Part shown: piece after piece, positions 1-11,050 of the stretch
Layout of the letters: every line of letters begins with the position of its first letter
Numbering within the stretch: position 1 is the first letter of the stretch
Notes under the pieces: generated by a model
Told to the model about the DNA's origin: nothing
What the model saw: the letters and a program-made list of their open reading frames with translations, nothing else
Database searches by the model: none
NCBI GenBank assembly: GCA_013239625.1
Contig: MU053487.1
Coordinates: forward strand, 639,058-703,057
Direction of reading: 5' to 3'
Origin: Lama guanicoe
Taxonomy: Eukaryota
DNA length: 64,000 bases
Program-made: the position numbers and the translations under genes

Positions 1-1109
1 TCCGTCTTCTTGTTGTTCTAGTTAATTATGGATTTTCGTGAGCTCACTCCGCTAATCAAGTTTAATGACACCAGACCTAAATCACATTACTGTTATTTTT
101 CAAGGCGCTGTTGGAGTCATGCCGAGTTACCCTGCCAGCAGCCTGGAGACAACCGTAGTCACTCAAACCCCAGAGCAGAGATGCTTTTATTAGCCGTGCA
201 CCCAGCCCTTTCATAACTTGTCACCCCTGAGATGATGAAGACGAAATAAAAGCAACAGAAAAAGGAAATTTTCCATAAAGAACACTTTAGGAACTTTATT
301 GCAAGGCAGAAACTTTATTGTGAGATGAGCAATGAAACGTCTGTCCTATATTTAGGACCATTTTCAATAGAATGTTGGGTTTGGAGGGACATGGAAAAAG
401 ATGGGTCTGAGGCTGACATTGCTCCTTTATTTCTGTGCCTCCCATGTCCACTGGGGGTAGGGATTTCCCAACAGGCCGATTGTGATCTGCCTTTGATTTG
501 GACGCTATTGTGGCTCTGTCTCTGCCCTCTTTTCTTGTCCTCAGAAATTCCTGGTAGAGAATGAACACTGGTAGTCTTGCCACTGCCTCCTGACCCTACA
601 CCCACCTGACGTCAGATGAATAGAAGATATTGTGTATTCAGCCAAAAGTTGGGTTCTTTTGCCTGAGGACTTCTCATTGCCCGCCGAAAAATTCATATTT
701 GTCATTTAGCATTTCATTTGGTCTGGATTACCGACCAATAGGTTTCCTTTTTGGGGGGAGGGGGTAAGGGGAAGGGAGCATTTAAAAAAGTAATGCTCAG
801 AATTCTCTGGATTCAGCAGGTAGCATGTCCTCTGTTAGCTCTTTGCAGTACTTTTGACGTGTCAAATGGAGTCTTCACTTTTCATAATGCAATCACTTTT
901 CTGAATGCAGTCTGTAATTCATTTCCAGGCCCCTAAGAGTTGCTTCTTAGACTCTTGTACCTAATAAACTAAAGAGAAATTATTCTTTTCTTCTACAAGG
1001 GACAGACTTGTACTTGTTGGTATTCAATGTCAAATAGATTTCCATTAAATTCCTAAAGATCACTCTGGAAAGGTCTGGGTTATTTGGGGATACGTGTGAG
1101 CTTTGGGCT

Positions 1110-1335
1110 TGAAGGCTTGAGTTTTGGAGTCAGACTGACCTGGACTTGAATCATAGATCCCTCGCTTACTAGCCGTGTGACACTGGGCAAGTTATTTTGC
1201 TTCTTAAAGCTTTAGTTTCCTTATCTGTAAGTGTGATGTAATGGTAACAGTCAGATCATAAAGTTTCTGTAAGGATAGGATGAGGTTGTGCCTGAAATAT
1301 ACAAAGCAGGGTGCCCAGACACAGTAAGTACTCAT
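1110..1335 (+). mobile_element. MIR SINE
   Basis: ggagtcagactgacctggacttgaatc...acttactagccgtgtgacactgggcaagtta...agtttccttatctgtaa matches the MIR core. Confidence 0.85.
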
Positions 1336-2259
1336 TTGACAGAGGAAGGTGATACAGTTATTTCCCAGCTGGGATGAGTCTGGTAACATTTGCCTAATTT
1401 AGTAAACTAAGCTGCCCTCCTCAATTGGTCCCTCACGGTAACAATCATGATCACTCCTTCAAAGCATAATTCTCAGGTCCCCATGAGAATTTTTAAAGAT
1501 ATTTCATGGCCAGAAGACCTTCCACAGTAATTTCATTGCTCATTGACTAGGGAGGCAGAGGAGGATTATAAATAACATGCACTAAAGACAGCGAGTGTAT
1601 GTTCCAGAGGTGAGAAGAACCAGTCCTAGGGGAAGTCGTCTGAACTTTACTGCAAAAAAGATAAAAGAGTTAATTGGAAGGGTGGGAATCATTATGGAGC
1701 TTAAAAAAGACCACAGTCCCTGCAGAACTATTGGAACTAATTACGGAAAAGCTGGATTCCTGGTTGTATTTGCACAAAGATGGTGAGTAGGGTCAAGAAA
1801 GAAGCAAAAGTATTTCTTTTTAATGAGGAATCAAGGCTCCCAATTTTCTTGGGAAAAAAACAAAATAAAACTGAACAGAAATAAATAGGATTCTCTTGGG
1901 CAGGGTGATTTGACAATGGCGACTCAAGGACCATTAGATTAGGGGACTATAGATTTGAGAAGACAGAACAATGATCTTTAGCAAAAATCCTTGGACCACC
2001 CCCCTCCACACCATCCTAGGCTGCTGCCATGTTCTGCAATCGATGAGGTTACTGAGAAATGTCTGGTGGTTGGTGGGTTTGAGGTCTCATTGAGTTGTTG
2101 TTTGGGAGGCAGACAGAATGGAGAGGTGGCAACGAGATAAAGGTTTTCTGGAGGTATCTAGAAGGATCCTTTACTGCTTTGGAGTGAAGATTTGGGGATG
2201 AGGTGAAGATGTGTGCAGCTGAGGGAGCAAAAGATGACACAGAATTAAGAGAGGGTAAT

Positions 2260-2462
2260 CGTTAAGTATCTACTAAGTTCTAAGGGCTTTCACATAGGCA
2301 AGCCCATCTAATCTCATGTGATGCTGAAGGCATGACGATGCTATCCCTGTGTTATTGGCGAGATCAATGCTTTGAGAGGTCAGTGACTCACCAGAGATTA
2401 TTCAGTTTAGTAGGTGGTAAGGCTGAGATTTGAACCCAGGTCTGTCTAATTCCAAAGACCAT
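2260..2462 (-). mobile_element. MIR SINE
   Basis: gagaggtcagtgactcacc...ggctgagatttgaacccaggtctgtctaattccaaag is the MIR core reversed. Confidence 0.8.
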
Positions 2463-2869
2463 GAAAAACAGAATTCTGGTAAGTTTTCCTCTTCCTTTTC
2501 CAAGGAAAAATTAAGAAAAGAAATAGATATATGAAAATGGAGGAAGTGAAATAAATGGATATATTAGGATGCCCGAGGACTCCACTTCATTGTGTTCATT
2601 GTGTGAAGAAAGATAAAAAGGGAATTTGAACCATTTATCCAAAACTCCTTCCCTTAAGAACAAAAACAACAACAAAAACCAATGAAACAAAAAAAGAAAA
2701 AACAAACAAAACAAAACCTTGCCCCCAAAGTTCTGTGGATACAGCCAAGAAGGGATGGACTGGAGCATTGAGTTCATTTCTGACCAGATTCAGTTCTTCT
2801 GAGTCTAGCTCATCAACTCCTGCAGTCATGGTGAAGCGTTATGAAGTGAAGACATGCTGGAAGGTGGAA

Positions 2870-3220
2870 TTATGGTAGAGGTAATGACAGTTTTTGAAAA
2901 GTGGGAAAGATACTGAAAACTGAAAGTCAATATCTCTGGGAATAGATTTTCATTTCCTTGTAAAATAATGGAGCAAATCCCAGGAGAAAAGAAATCTGTA
3001 GTCATACGGAAGATGATGGAGTTATCAGGAACAAGCAGTTCAGAGCTGTAAACAAAGAATCATGCCAAAAAATCTGATAGCCTCTCACCGTTGGAATTAT
3101 AAAATTAGTGAATGAAGGTAAAAATGAACTGACTATATTTGAAATTTTGGTAACACACAAGAGAGGTGGAGAAAAGCCAGATTCATTGAACAGAACATTT
3201 TAGTAAAGTATTTGACACTA
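2870..3220 (+). mobile_element. CR1/L3 LINE fossil, ORF2 reverse-transcriptase fragment
   Basis: Manual translation gives PCKIMEQI (2956-2979), VIRNKQFRAVNKESCQ (3021-3068) and FSKVFDT (3199-3219), colinear with the CR1 motifs PGKIMEQI, VIRNSQHGF..KSCQ and DFSKAFD. Confidence 0.75.
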
Positions 3221-3960
3221 GGTTGGAATGGATTTTTCTTTTAAAAAATTACTTTACTTAGATTAGATTTTCCTAGAATTGCTGTGAGCTTGCTTATAGG
3301 TGGCTATTCCAACATATTTTGAGTATCGTGAAGGACCAACAAATTAAAATATAGCAAGCCAAAATGAAAAAAACAAACAAACAAGAAAAAACAAACCACA
3401 ACAACCTACTTTGGGATTATCAGAAATTAAAAAGAAAGTATTCTTTTTGGCTTGACCTCAAATAGATGGTTTCCTGCTTAAAAGAGCTCTTATGTAAGAC
3501 ACCTTTATCTTTAAAATTTGCTCCTGTGATGGTCTGATAATGTATCCCTGGTTCCCCTTTCCTGGGACACACTCAAGCTTTCTACTAGTCTTCCTAAGAA
3601 AACCAAAGACAGAGATTCATAGAGGTATTGGATGGCACGGTTAAGAGCCCAGACTGCAGTTTTGAAACAAATTGGTGACTAATGAGTTTTCAAAAGTAGT
3701 TTTCATAGAGTAGCACTGAATTTTGATGTAAGTAGGGGTGACAGACATAAATGAATTAAATGGAAAGCAATCTGTCCTATTCTCTATCATCAAACAGAAT
3801 GGAGAGTGCATCACACTGGGGAAGGGAAGTTACCTTTGTTGAGTACTCAGTGTGTGATTGGTGCTTACAGGGTCTCAGGGAATCTTGTTAACTTTATGCT
3901 GTGTTAACTATCATGGGCGAAGACTTGAGAGGGCTCAAGGCCATTTCCAAGAAACAGACT

Positions 3961-6280
3961 TTTTATTGTTACTACTTTCTTGTGGTAAAATATACATAAT
4001 GTAAAATTTACCATTTTAAACGTATGATTCAGTAGCATTGGTACAACTGACGTTCTTCACATTGTTGTGCGACCATCGCCACTATCCACTTCCAGAACTT
4101 TTTTATTGTCCTAAACGGAAACTGTCACCATTAATGACTCCTCACTCCCTCCCTTCCTAACCTCTGGTAACCACTATCCTACTTTATGTCTTGTGGCTTT
4201 GACATTCTAGGTGTCTCCTAGACGTGCAATTCTGCAGTGTTTGTCCTTTTGGTTTATACTACTGAGCTTATTTTCAAGGTGTCTTCATGTTTTAGTTTGT
4301 GTCAGAATTTCATTTCTTTTCTTTTTTCTTAAAATTGTGGTAAAATATGCATAATACCAAATTTACTATCTTTACTATTTTTAGTGCACAGTTCAATAGT
4401 ATTAAGTAAATTTACATTGCTGTGTAATGCACTGCCAGATTTTTTTTAATCTTGCAAAATGAAAACTCTATATCCATTAAACAGTAATTTCTCATTCCTT
4501 CTGCCCCACCAGACACTGCCAATCACTATTTTACCTTCTTTGTCTATGAACTGACTACTCTAGGTACTTCAAGTAAATAGAATCATATAGTATTTGTCTT
4601 TTTATGACTGGTTTATTTCTCTTAGCATAATGTTCTGAAGGTTCATCCATGTTGCAGAATGTGTCCAAATTTCCTTTTTTAAGGGTAAATAATATTTCCT
4701 TGTATGTATGTACCCCATTTTTTAATCTGTTCACTTATTGACGGACATTTAGTTTTTCCCCACCTTTTGGCTGTTGTGAATACTGCTATTACGAACATAC
4801 GTGTTTGAGTCCCGGCTTTCAAATTTTTTGCTATATACCCAGAAGTGGAATTGCTGGATCATATTCTGTGCTTACATTTTTGAGGAACTAATGTACTGTT
4901 TTCCACAGTGGCTGTACTAGCAATGCACAAGAGTTCCAATTTCTCTATATCCTCACCAACACTTGTTAGTTTTTGTTTTTCATTTTATTCTTTTTTTTTA
5001 TTTAATAATAGCCATCCTAATGGGTATAAGTAGTATCTCATTATGGTTTTGGTTTGCATTTCCTTAATGATTAGTGATGTTGAACATGTTTTCATGTGCT
5101 TATTGATCATTTATATATCTTCTTTGAAAAAAATGTCTATTCAATTCCTTTGTCCATTAAAATTTTTTTGTTTGTTATTGTTTAATTGTAGGAATTCTTT
5201 ATATATTCTGGATAGTAATCCCTTATTGGATATATATAATTTGCAAGTATTTTCTCCCATTCTGTGAATTGCCTTTTCCCTCTATTGATAGTGCCTTTTG
5301 ATGCATGAAAGTTTTTACTTTTGATGAGGTCCAACTTAACCTAATTTTTTTTTTGTCGTCTGTGCTTTTGGTGTCATATCCATGAAATAATTGCCAAGTC
5401 CAATGTCATGAAAAATTTTCCCCTGTTTTTTTTCCTTAGAGTTTTATAGTTTTAGTTTTTACTTTTAAGCATTTGATCCAATTTGAGTTAATTTTTGTAT
5501 ATGGTGTGAGGCAAGGGTCCAAACTGATTATTTGGCATGTGGATATCCATTTCTTCTCACAACATTTGTTGAAAAGCCTATTCTTTCTCCATGGAAATCT
5601 TGGCACCCTTGGCCAAAATCCTTTGAACATATATGTGACAATTTATTTCCGGCCTCTCAATTTATGTCTGTCTTTGTGTTTTATAGTTTTGTGGTAAGTT
5701 TTGAAATTAGGAAGTGTGAGCCCTCCAACTTTGTTGTTGTTTTTTTCCTCTGTTCCTCCTCCTCCTTTTTTTTTTTCTATGGAAGGAGCACTTAACATAA
5801 CATCTACCCTCTTAAGAATTTTTAAATGTTCAATATGTTTCTGTCAACTATAGGTAGAGTGTTGTACAACAGAGCTCATTCATTTTGCTGTTCTTTCTTT
5901 TCAAGATTGTTTTGGCTCTTCAAGTTCCTTTGAGATTCCATATGAATTTCAGAATGGGTTTTTCTGTTTCGGCAAAAAAATGTCATTAGGATTTTGACAA
6001 GGATTACATTGAATGTAGATTGCTTTGGGTAGCATTAACATCTTAAACAATGTTCCGTCTTCTAATTTATAAACATGGAATTTTTGTTCCATTTATTTAT
6101 GTCTTTAATTCCTTTTGGCAGTTTTGTATTTTCCAGTGATACAAGTCTTTTGCCTCCTTGGTTAAATTTGTTACTAAGTATGGCCTTATTTTTTGATTCT
6201 ATTATAAATGAAATTTTAAAAAATTTCCTGTTGTGGTTATTTATTATTTGCATACTGAAACACAACTGATTTTTGTATAT
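3961..6280 (-). mobile_element. Old L1 (L1MB-like) 3' region: two tandem 3'UTR starts (about 3961 and 4321), ORF2 3' remnant, and a nested L1MA-like 3' end at about 5765-5880
   Basis: tgtggtaaaatatacataa...aaaatttaccatttt 3'UTR signature; ORF 5436..5630 (-) [13 protein letters not shown]...[17 protein letters not shown] matches the L1 ORF2p C-terminal region. Confidence 0.9.
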
Positions 6281-6296
6281 TAGGGAACACACTTTT

Positions 6297-6363
6297 TTTT
6301 AAATTCTTGAAATCTTTATTTTTAAAAAAAAAATTTTTTTATTGATTTATAATCATTTTACAA
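6297..6363 (-). mobile_element. Extremely 5'-truncated young camelid L1 insertion
   Basis: L1 terminus ttttattgatttataatcattttacaat, flanked by a 16-bp TSD TAGGGAACACACTTTT at 6281-6296 and 6364-6379. Confidence 0.85.
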
Positions 6364-7199
6364 TAGGGAACACACTTTTATCCAAGGCGTCTCACCATCT
6401 TTTTTCCATTCATCCTTCACTCTCCTTCACTATCAGCATAAAAATTTGCCTCTCAGTAGAAGCAGCAGGGATGTTGTTAGGAATGCTGGGAGGGATAAGC
6501 CTACAAAAGCATACTGAGAGATGTGTGTTCTTGTCAGTCCCCTTAATGATCAAATCTCATTGTTCAAGCTCTTGGCACATTGCAGTTCATAGCGCTGAAC
6601 ACAATGGTTGGCTGTGACCAGTGTGTTGCAGTGATTTTAGCTTGTGAATTTCTTGTTGTTGGGTGTATTCAGTGAGAGACTGGATAACCACTGATTGGAG
6701 GGACTGAAGAAAAGATTGTTAACTGGATAGAAGACTGTGTTCCATGGAGTTTAGGAGTTTATTACCCCTTCAAAATTTCAGGGTCCTTGACTGTTCCCAT
6801 AACTCTGGGAAAGCAATCATTTGGTCTGGGAAGGCTGGATTTGGGTGATCAGATAAAAGGATCAGGAGACCATTGCCTTAGTAACCATCAATGAGCAATC
6901 ATGGTGGACAAAGCGCTGTGCTAGGCATGCGAGTTACACAGCATTGGATGACTTGCTGTCCCCGTTCTCAAGGAATGCTTTCCTACGTTGGACAAAGATG
7001 GGCTTAAGATGGGACGAAGGGTGTCCCGTGTAACTTACCAATCTTCACACCTGCGGGGATCTGACTTTTCTGTACTCAGGGTAAGTGACTTGAGAGTGTT
7101 TGGTTTGGTGATCTTCCATCTGCAAGTGGAAGATACAGAGGCAGGAGCAGATGTGTTGGCTCAGTGTGTCAGTCCCACCTTTCATCTTTTCCTGCTTCT

Positions 7200-7480
7200 C
7201 ACTGTGCTCCTCGAGCCAGCTTGTTCCAGCTCGTGAGAGCTGAGTATGTACTTTTCTTCTCCACTCCTGGTTTGGGCACATCACTTTGGTAGCTTCCTTT
7301 AAAAAAAAATTTTAAAGGAAGAGCTAAGCACATGCTCTACCACTGAGCTATCCCTCACCCCCTATACGTTGGTAGCTTCAAATTGGCTGCAATGAGAGTA
7401 TTTACACCACAGAAGTTAGCAAACACTAGAAGTCAGAGCTTTTTCCTCCTCTCCTGACCTGGCTTCCCAGAACAACACTG
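7200..7480 (+). mobile_element. MER63-like hAT DNA transposon fossil interrupted by a SINE fragment
   Basis: gagccagcttgttccagctcgtgagagc...ttggtagcttcaaattggctgcaatgagagtatttacaccacagaagttagcaaacacta resembles MER63. Confidence 0.7.
7297..7368 (-). mobile_element. Camelid tRNA-derived SINE (Vic-1 type), head only
   Basis: Minus strand reads gggggtgagggatagctcagtggtagagcatgtgcttagc; TSD TTGGTAGCTTC at 7286-7296 and 7369-7379. Confidence 0.8.
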
Positions 7481-7843
7481 GATGAGAGTCGCGCTAAGGA
7501 TTAAATGCAATTGAAAGTCCAGTAGTTGGTTCCTCAAGGAAAGGGAGTTGTTCTTGGTTTGTCAGTGCTGTTGCTGGTGGCTTCCGAAACTCCTCAGACG
7601 GCTTTGTAGATTTCTCAGTGGAAGTTGTTCTTACTTCTCAGTGGAACTCTCTGACTAACACTGTAACCCTATTTGTCTCGTTTCTAATCCTTCCAGGCAC
7701 CTCAGTGGTCAGGGGTCTGAGACTAAGCAATGGGATGCCTTTCCCTCAGCCACATTTTGACAAATCTTAGACTTGGATTTTCTTCATCACATGTCCATGA
7801 AAACTGGGATAAAGATGATGTGGGAATCCATCAGAGCTATTTA

Positions 7844-8155
7844 TTTTATTTTATTTTGATTTGTATCCTCCAATTTTTTTTAATTGAAGTACAGTCAGTT
7901 ACAATGTGCCAGTTTCTGGTGCATAACACAATGTCCCAGTCATGCATATACATGCATATATTCATTTTCATTAAATGTTATTACAAAATATTGAACATAA
8001 TTTCCTTTGCTATACAGAAGAAGCTTTTAAAAAATCTATTTTTATATATAGTGGCTAAGATTTATAAATCTCAAACTCCCAAATTTATCCCTTCCCACCT
8101 GCTTTCTCTGGTAACCATAAGATTGTTTACTATGTCTGTGAGTCTGTTTCTGTTG
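7844..8155 (-). mobile_element. Young camelid/cetartiodactyl L1 3' end, 5'-truncated
   Basis: T-rich tail, then aattgaagtacagtcagttacaatgtg...ggtaaccataagattgtttactatgtctgtgagtctgtttctg; TSD GAGCTATTTA at 7834-7843 and 8156-8165; closely similar to the copy at 50906. Confidence 0.9.
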
Positions 8156-9068
8156 GAGCTATTTAAAATATGGAGAATAACCCTTGCAATGAGATTTTTT
8201 AGTAGACAAGAGCAGTGCTTTTGCAGGAGGGATTTGGTGGGCAAATCTGTAAGTAAGAACAGTGACAAATGCAACTACTCAATAAGCTAAACATTTCCTT
8301 TATCATTATTACCATCAACTGATATGCAGTGTAGTTTGGATAATATTAATTTTTCCCTGGAGGACTATTTAGTAGAGGCAACCTGTTTGTGCAGCCACGT
8401 TTACATATATGCACACACACACACCCACATCCCCCCACACAGAGTCTGGGTGGTGGCAGGGACGATGTAGTGGGTCCTGGAGGTGGCATTACCTTAGTAA
8501 TTCTCTGGAAACACTCGGCTTGCAGACACGGAACTGCAGTTTACAGGAAGCTATCCATCTCTTTCAAAACAGTTCAGAAAAAGAATCCATTTTCTTTAAT
8601 ACAAATCCTCTCTGTCTTGTGATGTATAAATCATCCCTTCAAAAGAAGCCTTTTGAGGTATCAATTCAAGGCATTCTCTCAAAATATCATCACTCAGCAC
8701 AGCCCTGCGACGGAAGCTAATCCTCTGCGGCTGCCCAAAGGCAAATTCATCCCACTTTTCACTGAGTTTCCCATCTAAGACCCTCTGCTGTCATCTCAGC
8801 AATTAGGATGGAATATGAGGGTCAGAATGACCTTAGCCAGCTGTAGTCTTATGGATATGAAGAGAGCAGAGAGGAGAGTCTATCACACAGTGATTTCAAA
8901 GTAGTGATCTCTTAATAATGAACAGACTTCCCCAGGATCTTTTCTACAGGAGGGTGACACTGTTGCATAAGCTCTTAGCCTACAACTGGGGCCCTGACTC
9001 ATCCTCGTGTACTTCTGGGGGTGAAGGTTAATGGGAAAGCCTCTCTTTGTGTAGTCTGGCTTGTAGGA

Positions 9069-9552
9069 TGCAGCAGATGGGGATGGTGTCCTCTCCAGAT
9101 CCCCCGGGTTCCATTTTTACCAGTTGGGTTTGCCCATCTCCAGCTGCTGCGGGAGCTGCTGCTAACCAGTAGCAGCCTTCTCCTGAGGATTGCTCTTGGA
9201 TGACTAGCACCACCTCACCCCTCACCTTGGAGATGCCTTGGGGTTATACCCTCTCCCTGACTCTGCAAATAGTAATGACCAACTGTTGGGGATGGGGGGT
9301 AGGAGTTTACAAAACCTATCTCTCTTGTCTCAAGGTAGGGCAGACTCCAAGGTACAATTTCTGTTTCAGAGCTCCCCATAGGATGGAGTTAAGGATAGGC
9401 TTCACCTGCAAGTCTCATGTTTGCTTAGTTTCAGCCTCATCTTTATCCTCTCTTACTCCCTTCTGGGTTTCTTCTGAGAGCACTTACTCAGTAAATCACT
9501 TGGATACAGACCCCTGTCTCAGCTGCTGCTTTTAGGAAACCCGACTTCACCA
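9069..9552 (+). mobile_element. ERVL solo LTR (LTR16C-like)
   Basis: Starts tgcagcagatg...ccagatcccc; ends taaatcacttgg...tgtctcagctgctgcttttaggaaacccgac, typical LTR16 termini. Confidence 0.75.
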
Positions 9553-9583
9553 GGTCCATCTCAAACGGGTTGAAAGTTCTTGT

Positions 9584-9742
9584 TGGGAGGGGGAGGGTAT
9601 AGCTCAAGTGGCAAAGAACGTGCTTAGCATGCGTAGGGTCCTGGGTTCAATCCCCAGTACTGCCTCTAAAAAATAAGTAACTAAATAAACCTAGTTTCCA
9701 CCCCCCCAAAAAAAAAACTACAAAAAAAATATTGAAAAAAAA
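9584..9742 (+). mobile_element. Camelid tRNA-derived SINE (Vic-1 type), full length
   Basis: A box tagctcaagtgg, B box gggttcaatccc, tail ataaacctag..cccccc and an A-rich end; TSD GAAAG(T/A)TCTTGT at 9572-9583 and 9743-9754. Confidence 0.92.
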
Positions 9743-10029
9743 GAAAGATCTTGTAAGGAGTTATTTGTTCTCAGAGTGAAGCATTTGTCATTAACTCCAC
9801 GTGGTCCTGAAGTTCAGTTTGAATGTGTGCTTGAGGACCGTTGCAGCCTCTCTGGTCTTGATGATCAGTAATTTTGTGCATAATGTACTTGATGGAAACT
9901 TTGGTCTAATACCTATGGTCGTCCGCCTTAAATGTAAATTGTGTACTTTCAAGGAGTTATACCTCTCAAGGACATCTCAGACTGTGATTCTGTCTCTGTC
10001 CACTGAATGGCTTTCTTAGGCATAAGAAG

Positions 10030-10235
10030 GCGTCTTTCCCTCAAGGAGCCTGCTGTCTAATTGGGCAATGGGGTAGCCTGCAGAAACTACCAATGAAAGT
10101 ATGCATAGCATATACACTGTGTAGGAGTTTGGAGGCCTCAGAAATCACTTTGGGTTGAATATAGCCAGGAATTTGATGAATGGATTTGAATTGGACTTAG
10201 GAGAATGAGTGGAGGACTTCAGGAAAGGACAGGCT
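10030..10235 (-). mobile_element. L2 fragment
   Basis: ccctcaaggagcctgctgtctaattggg...atttgaattggacttaggagaatgagt resembles the L2 3' region reversed. Confidence 0.5.
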
Positions 10236-10339
10236 GGAAAAGACTTTGAGCCCTTCTGCTAGCGGCATTTACTACCACACTTGGGAATAATAAGATGAAA
10301 TTCAACATCCTCTTCACTGCAGGAGACTTGCAAAGAAGG

Positions 10340-10520
10340 GTGGGTGGTAACACTGAAAGTTCCCACTCCCTTTGAAGTTGACATGGCCATGTGACTTGTT
10401 TTGGCCAATGAAATATGAGGAGTCACGTGTCACTTCCAGGCACACATTTTCAGAGCCAGCATATGACTCTCCAGTGTCTTTTCTCTTGTGGCTGCTGTTG
10501 TGGAGACATAAGTGGAAGTG
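10340..10520 (+). mobile_element. MaLR LTR fragment (MLT1I/J-like)
   Basis: tttgaagttgacatggccatgtgacttgttttggccaatgaaatatgag...gtgtcacttccagg. Confidence 0.75.
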
Positions 10521-10858
10521 ACATCTCTGTTTGAAGCATGTTTCTCTTTTCAAAAGATGCTTTGCAAGCAAATGTGGTCTGTCTCTGGATAAGTCAGTTG
10601 CCCTGTGACTTATGAAATGATGTGATGATGTGATTACAAAAGGATAGGAATTGGGCTGCAAATTTCGGATTTCTTCTAGTTTATTTGATTTGTTGATGAA
10701 GGTCCCACATTAAAATTTAGTCAGACTCTTGTCTTTTCTTGGAAACACAAAGAAATGGGGGAACAGAGGCATCTTCTACAGGAAAAAAAATAGTTCTTTG
10801 TAACATCAATGGGCAAAAAAATCAATAAAAAATAGGACAAATAAAGTCAAGTGTCCTT

Positions 10859-11050
10859 GGGGAGAGGATAGAGCTCAGTGGTAGAGTGCATGTCTAGTAA
10901 GCACAAGGCCCTGGGTTCAATTCCCAGTACCTCCATTAAAAATAAATAAATAAAATCTAATTAGTCCCCTCTCAAAAAAGTATACAATGCTCTATGCCAA
11001 TTACATCTCAATAAAACTAGAAGGAAAAAGAAAAGAATTATTTTTAAAAA
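10859..11050 (+). mobile_element. Camelid tRNA-derived SINE followed by an L1-like 3' terminal segment
   Basis: ggggagaggatagagctcagtggtagag...gggttcaattcccagtacctcc, then aatgctctatgccaattacatctcAATAAAac and an A tail; TGTCCTT repeated at 10852-10858 and 11051-11057. Confidence 0.85.

Noticed and set aside
7730..8290. Longest ORF (186 aa)
   Set aside because: It reads through the antisense of an L1 3'UTR insertion; the near-identical peptide in ORF 50934..51203 comes from another copy of the same repeat.
9588..9668. tRNA-Ala(AGC)-like gene (also at 10859 and 29670)
   Set aside because: Broken stems, a SINE-specific tail, an A-rich end and TSDs mark these as SINE heads, not tRNA genes.
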